Source: Acidimicrobiia bacterium (GTDB lineage Bacteria; Actinomycetota; Acidimicrobiia; IMCC26256; JACDBD01). Taken from it: a DNA stretch of 64,000 nt. Location: the NCBI GenBank assembly GCA_035938395.1, contig DASZGY010000071.1:9526-73525 (forward strand). Reading direction: 5' to 3'. Position numbers and translations under genes: made by a program. The notes beneath the pieces were generated by a model. The model was not told the origin of the DNA, did not search any database, and saw only the letters and a list, made by a program, of their open reading frames with translations. This document shows, piece by piece, positions 17,271-26,824 of the stretch. The stretch's first letter is position 1. Every line of letters begins with the position of its first letter.

Positions 17271-18719
17271 CTAATGGATTGCCGAAGTCGTGAGCGCGCC
17301 GGTCGAGTCGAGCGCGAGCGGCGGAAGCCACATCGCGACCGGCGTCCGCGCCCACCACGCCCTCGTCTCGCGCCGCTCGGCGCGGCTCGTGAACCGGTAG
17401 CGGTACAAGCGGGCGCGCACGAGTGCCGGCGGCGCGTCCGGGAACGGATTGTGGCGCAAGAGCTTGAGCGTCGCTTTGTCGCCTTCCAGGAGTCGTCCGA
17501 CGAGCTGGACGACCCACGGATAGCGGTCGGGAGGGCCCATGGCGGCGAACCACATGAGCCAGTCGAGACGGAGGTGGTACGGCGCGACCTGGGGTGGCAG
17601 GCGCTTCGGGTCGCCCGGCTTCCCTTTGAACTCGTACGCCTTCCACGTCTCGGACCGTGCCGTGCCGTCGCTGCCTTCGAGGATGATCTCGTAGCGCTCC
17701 TTGGTGATGTGACCGAACGCGCCGTACGCGCCGACGAAATGGAGGCGATTGAAGCTGAAGTTCATGAGCTGGCGGCGCGACAGCATGTTGCGGATCGGCC
17801 AGTAGCTCAGGACGGCAACCAGCACCGTGAGCGCGATCACGAGCCCCTCGTACCAGTGCGGCGTCGCGACGAGGTGAGGACGGTCGAACGGCAGCACGTG
17901 CCCGAGAGCCGCGTCGCTGAACGCGAAGATCGCCAGCACGATCGTGAGGAAGTTCAGCCACGAGAAGTTGCCCGACAGGATCAGCCACGACTGCGTCAAG
18001 ACGATGATCCCGCCCGCGACGCCGGCGACCGGCTGCGGCGTGAACAGGAAGAACGGCACGACGAGCTGCGCGAAGTGGTTCGCGAGAACCTCGACCTTGT
18101 GCGCGCGCCCGGGGAGGTGGTGGAAGAACCAGCTCAACGGGTTCGGCATGGGTTGGGTCTCGTGGTGGTAGTGGAGGCACGTCAGGTCCCGCCAGCACCG
18201 GTCGCCGCGGAGCTTGATCAGCCCGGCGCCGAACTCGAGCCGGAACAGCAGCCATCGCATCAGGAACACGAGCAGGATCGGCGGGGCAGTGCGCGCGTCG
18301 CCGAGCAGGATCGCGAGCGCGCCGACCTCGCACAGCAGCGACTCCCAGCCGAACGAATAGAAGGTCTGGCCGACGTTGACGATCGACACGTACAGCGCCC
18401 ACAGCGCCAGCCACACGAGCATCGACGCCCAGATGGGGCCGGACTGCGGCAGTCCGACGATGACGGAGGCCGCCAGCACGACGCCCGCCCACGCGACGAC
18501 GGAGAAGAGCCGATCCGAATAGCGGAGCTGGAACAGGCTCGGCGCCTCCCGGAACCGCACCATGCGCACGAAGCGCGGCACCGGGAGGAGGCCGCGCTCG
18601 CCCAGCAGCGGGCGGAACTGGTTGACGGCGACGAGGAACGCGACGAGGTAGACGACGCCGAGCGCGCGCTCGAACACGAAGCGGCTCAACCAGTACTCGG
18701 GCGCCTCGAACCAGTCCAT
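17271..18719 (-). CDS. lipase maturation factor (LMF1)-family membrane protein
   Basis: YWLSRFVFERALGVVYLVAFLVAVNQFRPLLGERGLLP and the multi-TM body match bacterial LMF-family proteins as I recall them. Confidence 0.75.
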   Translation of the reverse strand: MDWFEAPEYWLSRFVFERALGVVYLVAFLVAVNQFRPLLGERGLLPVPRFVRMVRFREAPSLFQLRYSDRLFSVVAWAGVVLAASVIVGLPQSGPIWASMLVWLALWALYVSIVNVGQTFYSFGWESLLCEVGALAILLGDARTAPPILLVFLMRWLLFRLEFGAGLIKLRGDRCWRDLTCLHYHHETQPMPNPLSWFFHHLPGRAHKVEVLANHFAQLVVPFFLFTPQPVAGVAGGIIVLTQSWLILSGNFSWLNFLTIVLAIFAFSDAALGHVLPFDRPHLVATPHWYEGLVIALTVLVAVLSYWPIRNMLSRRQLMNFSFNRLHFVGAYGAFGHITKERYEIILEGSDGTARSETWKAYEFKGKPGDPKRLPPQVAPYHLRLDWLMWFAAMGPPDRYPWVVQLVGRLLEGDKATLKLLRHNPFPDAPPALVRARLYRYRFTSRAERRETRAWWARTPVAMWLPPLALDSTGALTTSAIH

Positions 18720-18859
18720 GCGGGGATCCGGCGTGGTGCTGCCCTCGTGCCCTCCGGGGCGCAGCGTAGGTCTTGGGCGAACTCATAGCTCGCGTTCAGG
18801 TGCCGTTCAGGCCCGCCCCCGAGACTGCGCCGACCAACCCCCCGACTGAAGGGATTCTC

Positions 18860-19618
18860 ATGCGCTCCAAGCTCAGGGCCTCTCGAGTGGTTGCCGCCAC
18901 CGCCGTAGTGGCGGCCCTCGCCGGCGGCGGCGTCGTCGGTCAAAGCATCGCCGTCACCGCTGTGGCGGGCGCCCAGACCGGCAACAACCAGCCTCCCGGT
19001 GGGCACGGACCGAAGCTCGATGCCGCCGCCCAGGCGCTGAACCTGAGCGTCGACGACCTGCGATCGAAGCTGGACAACAACACGACCCTCGCCCAGGTCG
19101 CCCAGGCCCAGGGTGTCGAGGTGCAGAAGGTGATCGACGCCATGGTCGCCGACGCGACCGCGCACATCGACCAGGCCGTCCAGGACGGCAAGCTCACCGC
19201 CGACCAGGCGAACCAGCGCAAGTCGAACCTCCAGGATCACGTCACCAAGCTCGTCAACGAGGGCAAGCCCAAGGGCGAGCACGGTCCGAAGCTCGACGCG
19301 GCGGCCAAGGCGCTGAACCTGAGCGCGGACGACCTCCGTTCGAAGCTCAAGGACGGCAAGACTCTCGCCCAGGTCGCCAAGGACCAGGGTGTCGACGTGC
19401 AGAAGGTGATCGACGCCATGGTCGCCGACGCGACCGCGCACATCGACCAGCAGGTCAAGGACGGCAAGCTCACCGCCGACCAGGCGACCCAGCGCAAGTC
19501 GGGTCTGAAGGACCGCATCACCAAGCTGGTCAACGACGGCCCGCCGAAGGATCGCGGCGCAGGCGCACCGCCGGACGGCGGCGGCCCGGGTGGTCCGCCC
19601 GACAGCTCCAGCACGTAA
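18860..19618 (+). CDS. secreted tandem-repeat protein with two LTxxQ motifs (CpxP/Spy-like)
   Basis: ATG 18860 with GAAGGGA upstream. Signal peptide MRSKLRASRVVAATAVVAALAGGG. Two 92-aa repeats, each containing GKLTADQA(N/T)QRKS. Confidence 0.7.
   Translation: MRSKLRASRVVAATAVVAALAGGGVVGQSIAVTAVAGAQTGNNQPPGGHGPKLDAAAQALNLSVDDLRSKLDNNTTLAQVAQAQGVEVQKVIDAMVADATAHIDQAVQDGKLTADQANQRKSNLQDHVTKLVNEGKPKGEHGPKLDAAAKALNLSADDLRSKLKDGKTLAQVAKDQGVDVQKVIDAMVADATAHIDQQVKDGKLTADQATQRKSGLKDRITKLVNDGPPKDRGAGAPPDGGGPGGPPDSSST
19004..19537 (+). repeat. 276-nt tandem duplication inside the LTxxQ gene
   Basis: Units start at 19004 and 19280 (cacgg(a/t)ccgaagctcga...). They share a long identical run, gtgcagaaggtgatcgacgccatggtcgccgacgcgaccgcgcacatcgaccag. 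Confidence 0.85.
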
Positions 19619-19693
19619 GGACCCATGACCAAGTCGGCCCGGGGCCGAGCGGGGTTTCACAAGCCCTTCAGGTTCCCGGGCCAGACTTGGCCG

Positions 19694-20365
19694 ATGCGCG
19701 TGCTCGTCGTCGACGACGACCCGGCGGTGCTCGACTCGCTCGAACGGGCGTTGCGCATCGAGGGATACGTCGTCGACGCCGTCGGGGCCGGGTTCCCGGC
19801 GCTCGAGCGGCAACACGACGATCCCGCCGACGCCGTCGTCCTCGACCTCCGGCTGCCCGATCTCGACGGCCTCGAGGTGTGCCGGCGTATGCGCGCCGCC
19901 GGTGACGGCACCGCCGTGCTCATGCTGACGGCACGGGACGCCGTCGGCGAGCGCGTCGCCGGGCTCGACGCCGGCGCCGACGACTACCTGGTCAAGCCGT
20001 TCGCGCTCGACGAACTGCTGGCGCGACTGCGGGCGTTGCTGCGACGGACCGAGGCCGACGCCAGCGGCGTCCTCGAGTACGCGCACCTTCGCCTCGACCC
20101 GAGCACGCGCGAGGTCACGTCCGGCGGGCGCGCGCTCGAGCTCACGCGCACCGAGTTCGCGCTGCTGGAGCTCCTCGCCCGCAATCCACGCGTCGTCCTG
20201 CCTCGGAGGGTGATCTTCGAGCGGGTCTGGGGTTACGACTTCGGGCCCGACTCGAACTCCCTCGAAGTCTTCGTCGGGTATCTCCGTCGCAAGACCGAGG
20301 CGGGCGGCGAGCCGAGGCTCATCCAGACCGTGCGCGGCGTCGGGTACGTCCTGCGCGAGCAATGA
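19694..20365 (+). CDS. OmpR/PhoB-family response regulator
   Basis: Start at ATG 19694 ([10 protein letters not shown]). Receiver domain plus winged helix ([21 protein letters not shown]). Confidence 0.9.
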   Translation: MRVLVVDDDPAVLDSLERALRIEGYVVDAVGAGFPALERQHDDPADAVVLDLRLPDLDGLEVCRRMRAAGDGTAVLMLTARDAVGERVAGLDAGADDYLVKPFALDELLARLRALLRRTEADASGVLEYAHLRLDPSTREVTSGGRALELTRTEFALLELLARNPRVVLPRRVIFERVWGYDFGPDSNSLEVFVGYLRRKTEAGGEPRLIQTVRGVGYVLREQ

Positions 20366-21714
20366 GCCTGCGCACCCGGCTGGTCCTGGCGGCGGCGCTG
20401 GCGGTCGCGGTCGCGGTGACCGCCGCCGCGTTCTTCGTGTATGCCCGGACGCGGGGAGAGCTGCACAGCGAAGTCGACGGAACACTGCGCGACCGGGCCA
20501 ACGCTCTCGTGCGCGAGCGGAACCGCCCCGGCGCCGCCGCGCCGAACCAGGTCGGGCCGAACGGCAACGACCTCGTCGTTCGTCCCCCTCCGCTCGGAGG
20601 CGCGGGCGGCCTCGTGCAGGTCGTCGACGGCGGGGGGCAGGTCCGGACCGGTCCGGAGACGACCCCTATTCCGCTGATCGACGGGACAACCGAGGTTGCG
20701 ACGGGAGCGAGGGACCCGTTCTTCGCCGACGTCGACGTGGACGGGACGCCCCTCCGCGTCTACACGACGCGATTCAGCCGGAACATGGCGCTCCAGGTCG
20801 CTCGCCCGCTCACGGAGACCAACGCCGTCGTCAGCGACATGAGATTGGCGCTGCTCGTGACGGCGCTGGTCGGCGTGCTCGTGGCCGCCGTGCTCGGCTT
20901 CGTCGTGGCGCGGGCCGCGCTCCGCCCGGTCCGGCGGCTGACCTCGGCGGTGGAGGACGTCGCCGAGACTCGTGACCTGTCACGCCGGATCGAGACGACC
21001 GGGAACGACGAGGTCGGCCGGCTGGCGGGGAGCTTCAACGCGATGCTCGAAGCGCTCGACGAGTCGCAGCGGGCGCAACGGCGCCTCGCGGCCGACGCCG
21101 GGCACGAGCTGCGTACGCCGCTCACGAGCCTGCGCACGAACATCGAGGTCCTCGTGCGCAACGACAGCCTCGATACCGCCGACCGGGAACGGCTCGTGCG
21201 GGACGTCAACGCGCAGATCGTCGAGGTGTCGGCGATGATCGGCGGGATGATGGAGATCGCCCGCGGCGACGAGCCGATCGACGACGAGATCGGTGACGTG
21301 CAACTCGACCGCATCGTGGCCGGCGCGGTCGAGGAGGCGTCGTTCCACCAGCCCGACGTGCGCTTCGTCACCGATCTCACGCCGAGCATCGTGCGTGGCG
21401 CCGGCAACCGGATCGAGCGCGCCGTCAGCAATCTCCTCGACAACGCCGGCAAGTGGAGCCCGGCCGGCGGTCGGGTCGACGTGGCGGTGCGCGAAGGCGA
21501 GATTGTCGTGCGCGACCACGGCCCGGGCATCGCCCCCGAGGACGTCCCGTTGGTGTTCGACCGCTTCTGGCGCGCCGAAAGCGCCCGGGGCACGCCGGGA
21601 TCCGGCCTCGGGCTCGCGATCGTCCGTCAGGTCGCCGACCAGCACGGCGCCGCCATCGCCGTCGAGACCCCAGCCGACGGCGGCACACGCATCCGGTTGC
21701 GCTTCCCCGCCTGA
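20362..21714 (+). CDS. sensor histidine kinase (TM-sensor-TM-HAMP-HisKA-HATPase)
   Basis: ATGA overlap with the regulator. H-box [18 protein letters not shown]-box [10 protein letters not shown]-boxes DHGPGI and GSGLGLAIV. Confidence 0.9.
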   Translation: MSLRTRLVLAAALAVAVAVTAAAFFVYARTRGELHSEVDGTLRDRANALVRERNRPGAAAPNQVGPNGNDLVVRPPPLGGAGGLVQVVDGGGQVRTGPETTPIPLIDGTTEVATGARDPFFADVDVDGTPLRVYTTRFSRNMALQVARPLTETNAVVSDMRLALLVTALVGVLVAAVLGFVVARAALRPVRRLTSAVEDVAETRDLSRRIETTGNDEVGRLAGSFNAMLEALDESQRAQRRLAADAGHELRTPLTSLRTNIEVLVRNDSLDTADRERLVRDVNAQIVEVSAMIGGMMEIARGDEPIDDEIGDVQLDRIVAGAVEEASFHQPDVRFVTDLTPSIVRGAGNRIERAVSNLLDNAGKWSPAGGRVDVAVREGEIVVRDHGPGIAPEDVPLVFDRFWRAESARGTPGSGLGLAIVRQVADQHGAAIAVETPADGGTRIRLRFPA

Positions 21715-21723
21715 CCGTCCCCG

Positions 21724-21770
21724 TTCTCGGCAGCGAAAGGAACGCTCTGCGACGGTTTTGCTGCCGAGAA
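21724..21770. terminator. 11-bp inverted repeat between convergent genes (candidate bidirectional terminator)
   Basis: TTCTCGGCAGC (21724-21734) pairs with GCTGCCGAGAA (21760-21770) across a 25-nt loop. It lies between the kinase stop and the sulfatase stop. Confidence 0.45.
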
Positions 21771-21784
21771 GCAGGAGGCACCCG

Positions 21785-24061
21785 CTACTGCGCGCGCAGG
21801 GCCAGGTCGGCTTCGGCTTCGGCGTCGACGAAGGGCTGGCCGTCGACGTCGACGATCACGCGGTGGAGCCGGCCCGTGAAGCGGAACGGGGCGCGGTAGT
21901 CGTCGACGACCGGCATGGCCCAGTCGTAGCCGCAGGACAGGCCGGCGTCGGTGATCGAGAAGCGCGCCGGCGTGAACCGCGGGATGTCGCCCGCGCCGAC
22001 CTCCTCGCCGTCGACCAGCAGGCTGCCGCGACCCTGGTGCTCGCCGGTCTTGTCGAACCGGAACGCCACCGTGTGCGGCCCCGGCGTGAGCTCGGTCGAC
22101 GACGTGATTCGGTGTTCCTCGAGGCCGACGAAGTTGTGCACGTAGTGCAGCCGGCCGCCCAGCACGAAGAAGACGTACCCGCCGAGCGCCGACCCCTGCG
22201 CGAGCAGGATCCCTTCGGAGCCGCCGGCGGGCACCTCGAGCTCGGCCGTGATGCGGTGCGAGCGGTTGCGCACGTTGACGGCCGCCTCCTCGGTGACCGG
22301 TCCCGCGAAGGGGTAGTACACGTAGCGGCGGCGCCCGTCGATGCCCGGCCGGTCGTCGCCGAAGATGCGGTCGAACGGCGAGTTGTCGAGCGGCAACACG
22401 AGGTTCCTCTCCGCTTCGCTCCACCACCGCGCGACGAGCTCGCGTAGCTTCTCCGGATGCTCGGCGGCGACGTCGTGGCACTCCGACGCGTCCTCGGCGA
22501 CGTGGTACAGCTCCCACGCGTCGTCGTCGGCGTACGGCACCGACTGGTCGAAGATCGGGTGGTAGACGACTGCCTTCCAGCCGTCGTGATACAGGGCCCG
22601 GCAGCCGAACATCTCGTAATACTGCGTGTCCCGCCCGCTCGGCGCACCCGCGTCGTCGAACGTGCGCGTGAACGGCACCCCGTCGATCGGCGTCTGCGCG
22701 ACACCGTCGATCTCGTCGGGGGCCGGAACGCCGAGCACGTCGAGGACGGTCGGCGCCAGGTCGATGGCGTGCACGTACTGCCGGCGCACTTCGCCCCGCG
22801 CCCCGATGCGGGCAGGCCACGACACGATCAGCGGATCGGCGACGCCGCCCTCGTGCACCTCGCGCTTCCAACGCCGGAACGGGGTGTTGCCCGCCACCGT
22901 CCAACCCCACGGGTAGTTGTTGTGCACCCGTGGTCCGCCGAGCTCGTCGATGCGGGCGACCGATTCCGCGACCGGGCTGCCGGCCAGGTTCCACGGACGA
23001 GCGTCGTTGACGGAGCCGTGCACCCCGCCCTCCGACGACGCGCCGTTGTCCGAGAGCGCGAACACGAGTGTGTCGTCGAGCCGTCCGATCTCGGCGAGAA
23101 AGTCGAGCACGCGTCCGACGTGATGGTCGGCGTGGCTCAGGAAGGCGGCGAAGCACTCCATGAAACGCGCCGCCACGCGTTGCTCGTCGGGCGGGAGGGA
23201 GTCCCACGCCGGCACCCACTCCGGGCGTGGCGACAGCTCGGTGCCCTCCGGGAGCAGGCCGAGCTCCTGCTGGCGGGCGAAGGTCGCCTCCCTCCACGCG
23301 TCCCAGCCGGCGTCGAAGTGGCCCCGATAGCGCTCGATCCACTCCGGCGGCGCGTGATGGGGGGAATGGCACGCGCCCGTGCAGAGATAGAGGAAGAACG
23401 GCTTGTCGGGGTCGACGGCGTCGAGATCGGCGACGAACTCCATCGCCCGGTCGGCGATGTCCTCGCTGAGGTGATAGCCGTCCTCCCACGACCGCGGCGG
23501 CGCCACCCGGTGGCTGTCGTGCACGAGCGACGGCGCGAATTGATGTGTCTCGCCCCCGAAGAAGCCGTAGAAGCGGTCGAAGCCCCGCTGCAGCGGCCAC
23601 CGGGCCCGGGAGGCACCGAGATGCCGCTCGTCGTCCGGCGTGAGATGCCATTTCCCGACCGCGTACGCGCCGTACCCGAGCGGTCCGAGCATCTCGGAGA
23701 GGAAGCCGTGCTCCTTGCCGATTCGGGCGTGGTAGCCGGGGAAGCCGGTGGCGAGGTCGGTGATCCGTCCCATGCCGACCTTGTGATGGTTGCGCCCGGT
23801 GAGGACGCAGGCTCTCGTCGGGGAGCACAGCGCGGTGGTGTGGAAGTTCGTATAGCGCACGCCGTTCGCCGCCAGCCGGTCGAACGTCGGCGTTGCGATG
23901 TCGGAGCCGAAGCAGCCGAGCTGCGCGAACCCGACGTCGTCGAGGAGCACCACCAGCACGTTCGGCGCCCCCGCCGGCGCTCGTACCGGGTCCGGCCACC
24001 ACGGTGTCGACTCGTTGCGATACCTGCCGATGACACCGCCGAACTCCGCCCATTCGCTCAT
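21785..24061 (-). CDS. arylsulfatase (formylglycine-dependent, type I)
   Basis: NVLVVLLDDVGFAQ and ALCSPTRACVLTGRN (C-x-P-x-R FGly motif). Large C-terminal extension. Confidence 0.9.
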   Translation of the reverse strand: MSEWAEFGGVIGRYRNESTPWWPDPVRAPAGAPNVLVVLLDDVGFAQLGCFGSDIATPTFDRLAANGVRYTNFHTTALCSPTRACVLTGRNHHKVGMGRITDLATGFPGYHARIGKEHGFLSEMLGPLGYGAYAVGKWHLTPDDERHLGASRARWPLQRGFDRFYGFFGGETHQFAPSLVHDSHRVAPPRSWEDGYHLSEDIADRAMEFVADLDAVDPDKPFFLYLCTGACHSPHHAPPEWIERYRGHFDAGWDAWREATFARQQELGLLPEGTELSPRPEWVPAWDSLPPDEQRVAARFMECFAAFLSHADHHVGRVLDFLAEIGRLDDTLVFALSDNGASSEGGVHGSVNDARPWNLAGSPVAESVARIDELGGPRVHNNYPWGWTVAGNTPFRRWKREVHEGGVADPLIVSWPARIGARGEVRRQYVHAIDLAPTVLDVLGVPAPDEIDGVAQTPIDGVPFTRTFDDAGAPSGRDTQYYEMFGCRALYHDGWKAVVYHPIFDQSVPYADDDAWELYHVAEDASECHDVAAEHPEKLRELVARWWSEAERNLVLPLDNSPFDRIFGDDRPGIDGRRRYVYYPFAGPVTEEAAVNVRNRSHRITAELEVPAGGSEGILLAQGSALGGYVFFVLGGRLHYVHNFVGLEEHRITSSTELTPGPHTVAFRFDKTGEHQGRGSLLVDGEEVGAGDIPRFTPARFSITDAGLSCGYDWAMPVVDDYRAPFRFTGRLHRVIVDVDGQPFVDAEAEADLALRAQ

Positions 24062-24127
24062 GGCTCACCCCCGTGATCCACGGGCAGGCTAGGCCCGCGG
24101 CGACGAGATCGGTCATACGCTGGGGGT

Positions 24128-24439
24128 GTGGATGACTCTCATCGGGACGACGCTGAAGACGTCGAAGGTGTCGACGACGAAGTCGAAGGCACCGACGCGG
24201 ACGGCCGACCGGTCGACCGCTTTCGACGTTCGGCCACGGGAGCTGTCGTCGCCGCCGGGCTCCTCGGTCTACGCGACGCGCTCGAGGGTCGCCCCGAGAA
24301 AGAAGAAGTCACGATCGTCAACGAGGCGCCGGGCGCGCCGCCCCGCGACCTCGAAGTGGTGATCGACTTCGACCATCCCGAGCGGTCGGTCGCGGTCGTC
24401 CGCCATCCGGACGACGAAGAAGGCGAGCCCGAGCGCTAG
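24128..24439 (+). CDS. small acidic hypothetical protein
   Basis: GTG start, 103 aa, Asp/Glu-rich with one short hydrophobic stretch (GAVVAAGLLGL). G/C-ending codon bias. No family recognised. Confidence 0.45.
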   Translation: MDDSHRDDAEDVEGVDDEVEGTDADGRPVDRFRRSATGAVVAAGLLGLRDALEGRPEKEEVTIVNEAPGAPPRDLEVVIDFDHPERSVAVVRHPDDEEGEPER

Positions 24440-25080
24440 GCGTCGAGGCGCGCCGTCAGCAGGTCCAGGAAGGCGCGTCGCTCGGCCTTGAACGTGGGGT
24501 CGGTCGGGAGCTTGCCCGTGACGAGCCGGGTGATCTGCGGGAACGCGAACGGGAACATCACCAGCGCCAGCTCCGACAGGACGAGTTGCTCGGCGTCGAG
24601 GTCGTCGGGAAGGTCGCCGCGGCGCTGCGCCTCGCGCACGTCGTCGCACCATGCCGTGAGCGAGTCCTGACGCAGGAGCTCCTGCTCGACCTGGCGACGG
24701 CGACCGCGCTCGAGCCCCTCCCACATCAGGAGCCGCACGTAGTCCATCGAGCCCTCGAGGCGATCCTGGAGATCGACGATCCGCCCGGGCCCGGTGCGGT
24801 CCCGCTCACGCGCCGTCGGCGCCCGCTCGGCCAGCCGTTGGGCCAGGACGGCGCGGAAGAGGTCGTCCTTCGACCCGAAGTAGTAATAGAGCATCCGCTT
24901 GTTCGTGCCGGCCCGCTCCGCGATGGCGTCGACGCGGGCGCCGTCGATCCCCTTGGCCGAGAACTCCTGGAGCGCGGCGGCCAGGATCCGCTTGCGCGTC
25001 CCCTCCGGGTCCCGGAGGCGGGACCGCTCGGGCTCCTCGTCGCCTGCGTCCGGCTTCCTGCGTGCTGCGGTCTCGGGCAT
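24436..25080 (-). CDS. TetR-family transcriptional regulator
   Basis: Start at ATG 25080 (MPETAARRK). HTH RILAAALQEFSAKGIDGARVDAIAERAGTNKRMLYYYFGSKDDLF. Confidence 0.85.
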   Translation of the reverse strand: MPETAARRKPDAGDEEPERSRLRDPEGTRKRILAAALQEFSAKGIDGARVDAIAERAGTNKRMLYYYFGSKDDLFRAVLAQRLAERAPTARERDRTGPGRIVDLQDRLEGSMDYVRLLMWEGLERGRRRQVEQELLRQDSLTAWCDDVREAQRRGDLPDDLDAEQLVLSELALVMFPFAFPQITRLVTGKLPTDPTFKAERRAFLDLLTARLDA

Positions 25081-25121
25081 GTCCGGCTTTGCCTCGGCTC
25101 GGCTGGGCGGGTAAGGTGTAC

Positions 25122-25135
25122 TAACTAGATAGTTA
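25122..25135. promoter_or_regulatory. candidate TetR operator palindrome TAACTA-ga-TAGTTA
   Basis: Perfect 6+6 inverted repeat in an AT-rich island (gtgtactaactagatagttaacact) between the divergent TetR and MFS genes. Confidence 0.4.
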
Positions 25136-25260
25136 ACACTACCACCTCCCTCCCCGGAACGCAGCTGACCACCGTCGCCGAACGGCCTCCTCAGACACCC
25201 GAGCCCGGGCGCCCGGACGCGCCCGATGCCGGCCACGACCGCCGGTGGTGGGTCCTCGGC

Positions 25261-26781
25261 GTGCTCTCGCTCTGCGTCGTCGTGATCGGCGTCGACAACA
25301 CGATCCTCAACGTCGCGCTCCCGTCGATCGTGCGTGCGCTCGACGCGTCCGGGTCACAGCTGCAGTGGATGGTCGACGCGTACACGATCGTCTTCGCGTG
25401 CCTGCTCCTCACGGCGGGCTCGATCGGGGACCGGTACGGACGGCGCCGGACGCTGTTGTTCGGGCTGGCGTGGTTCGGCGTGTTCTCGGCGCTGGCGTCG
25501 ACGGCGAGCTCACCGGGGATGCTCATCGCCGCCCGCGCCCTCATGGGTGTCGGCGGCGCGTTCATCTTCCCGACGACCTTGTCGATCCTGACGAACACCT
25601 TCCGCGACCCCGCCGAGCGCGCCCGCGCTATCGGCGTGTGGGCGGGGGTGGCGGGTATCGGAATCGCCATCGGCCCCGTGGTCGGCGGATTGCTCGTCGA
25701 GCGGTTCGGCTGGGGCTCGGTGTTCCTCATCAACGTGCCGGTGTGCGCGACCACCTTCGTCCTGGCGCGGTGGCTGGTCCCCAACACGAGCGCGCGCGAG
25801 GAGAGCCCGCTCGATCCGATCGGCGCGGTCCTGTCGATCGCGGGGCTCGTTGCGCTGTTGTTCGCGATCATCGAGGTGCCGAATCACGGCTGGGTCGCAC
25901 CGGACGTACTCGCAAGCTTCTTGATCGGGCTCGTGTTCATCGGTCTCTTCGCAGCGTGGGAGGCGCACACGCCGCGTCCGATGCTCGACGTGCGCTTCTT
26001 CCGCAACCCGCGGTTCTCGGCCGCGTCGGCGACCATCACGCTCGCGTACTTCGCGCTCTTCGCCTCCACGTTCCTGCTCACCCAGTACTTCCAGTTCGTC
26101 CTCGGCTACAGCGCGCTGAAGTCGGGACTCATGCTCACGCCGGTCGCGCTCGGGCTCATGGTCGGCTCCCCGGTCGCGCCCCGATTCGTCCACCGCCTGG
26201 GGACGAAGCGAGTCGTGGTGTTCGGCCTGCTGGTCGTCGCCGCCGCAATGGCGTGTTACGCCTCCGACACGATCATGTCGTCGTTTGCACTCGGATTCGG
26301 AGTGCGGCTCGTGTACGGGATGGGCATGGGCCTGACGGTCGCGCCGGTCACGGAATCGATCATGGGCTCGCTCCCGACCACCCGGGCCGGCGTCGGGTCC
26401 GCCGTGAACGACACCACCCGCCAGACTGGCGGCGCGCTCGGGGTGGCCGTTCTCGGCAGCATCTTCGCCTCGCAGTACCACGCCACGTTCGATGCGGCAC
26501 GGGGCCTGCCCACCGGCGTCGCGCACGCGGCGCGTGACTCGATCGGCACGTCGCTCCAGGTGGCGAAGCACCTCCCTGCGGGCTCCGCGGTGCGGCTCCG
26601 GGAGGTAGCCAGCGGAGCGTTCTTGTCGTCGATGCGGATCACGTACCTGTGCGCAGTCGCGGTCGTGCTCGGCGCGGCATTCGTCGCCGCCCGGTTCCTG
26701 CCTGCCCGGGCGGCCGAGCCGCCCGAGGAGCACGAGTTCGCCGAGGCGCTCGCTGTCGGTGCCGAGAATGCGGCCAACTGA
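25261..26781 (+). CDS. MFS drug:H+ antiporter, DHA2 (EmrB/QacA) family
   Basis: About 14 TM segments; DNTILNVALPSI motif. The first canonical start is GTG 25261, but the conserved RRWWVLG is encoded in frame just upstream, so the true start is uncertain. Confidence 0.85.
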   Translation: MLSLCVVVIGVDNTILNVALPSIVRALDASGSQLQWMVDAYTIVFACLLLTAGSIGDRYGRRRTLLFGLAWFGVFSALASTASSPGMLIAARALMGVGGAFIFPTTLSILTNTFRDPAERARAIGVWAGVAGIGIAIGPVVGGLLVERFGWGSVFLINVPVCATTFVLARWLVPNTSAREESPLDPIGAVLSIAGLVALLFAIIEVPNHGWVAPDVLASFLIGLVFIGLFAAWEAHTPRPMLDVRFFRNPRFSAASATITLAYFALFASTFLLTQYFQFVLGYSALKSGLMLTPVALGLMVGSPVAPRFVHRLGTKRVVVFGLLVVAAAMACYASDTIMSSFALGFGVRLVYGMGMGLTVAPVTESIMGSLPTTRAGVGSAVNDTTRQTGGALGVAVLGSIFASQYHATFDAARGLPTGVAHAARDSIGTSLQVAKHLPAGSAVRLREVASGAFLSSMRITYLCAVAVVLGAAFVAARFLPARAAEPPEEHEFAEALAVGAENAAN

Positions 26782-26812
26782 GGGCGCCCGGGAAATACCT
26801 CTGCTACAGAGC

Positions 26813-26818
26813 TATAGT
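26813..26818 (+). promoter_or_regulatory. candidate -10 hexamer TATAGT giving a leaderless marR transcript
   Basis: TATAGT (TANNNT) ends 6 nt before the ATG at 26825. No Shine-Dalgarno fits in between. An adjacent inverted repeat CTCTG-cta-CAGAG sits at 26799-26811. Confidence 0.3.
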
Positions 26819-26824
26819 CGCTTC

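Noticed and set aside
21785-24061. Arylsulfatase plus distant sulfotransferase as a coordinated sulfation system
   Set aside because: The two genes are about 40 kb apart. No FGE/anSME maturase or PAPS-synthesis genes are in the window, and the sulfotransferase is frameshifted. There is no positional evidence for a system.
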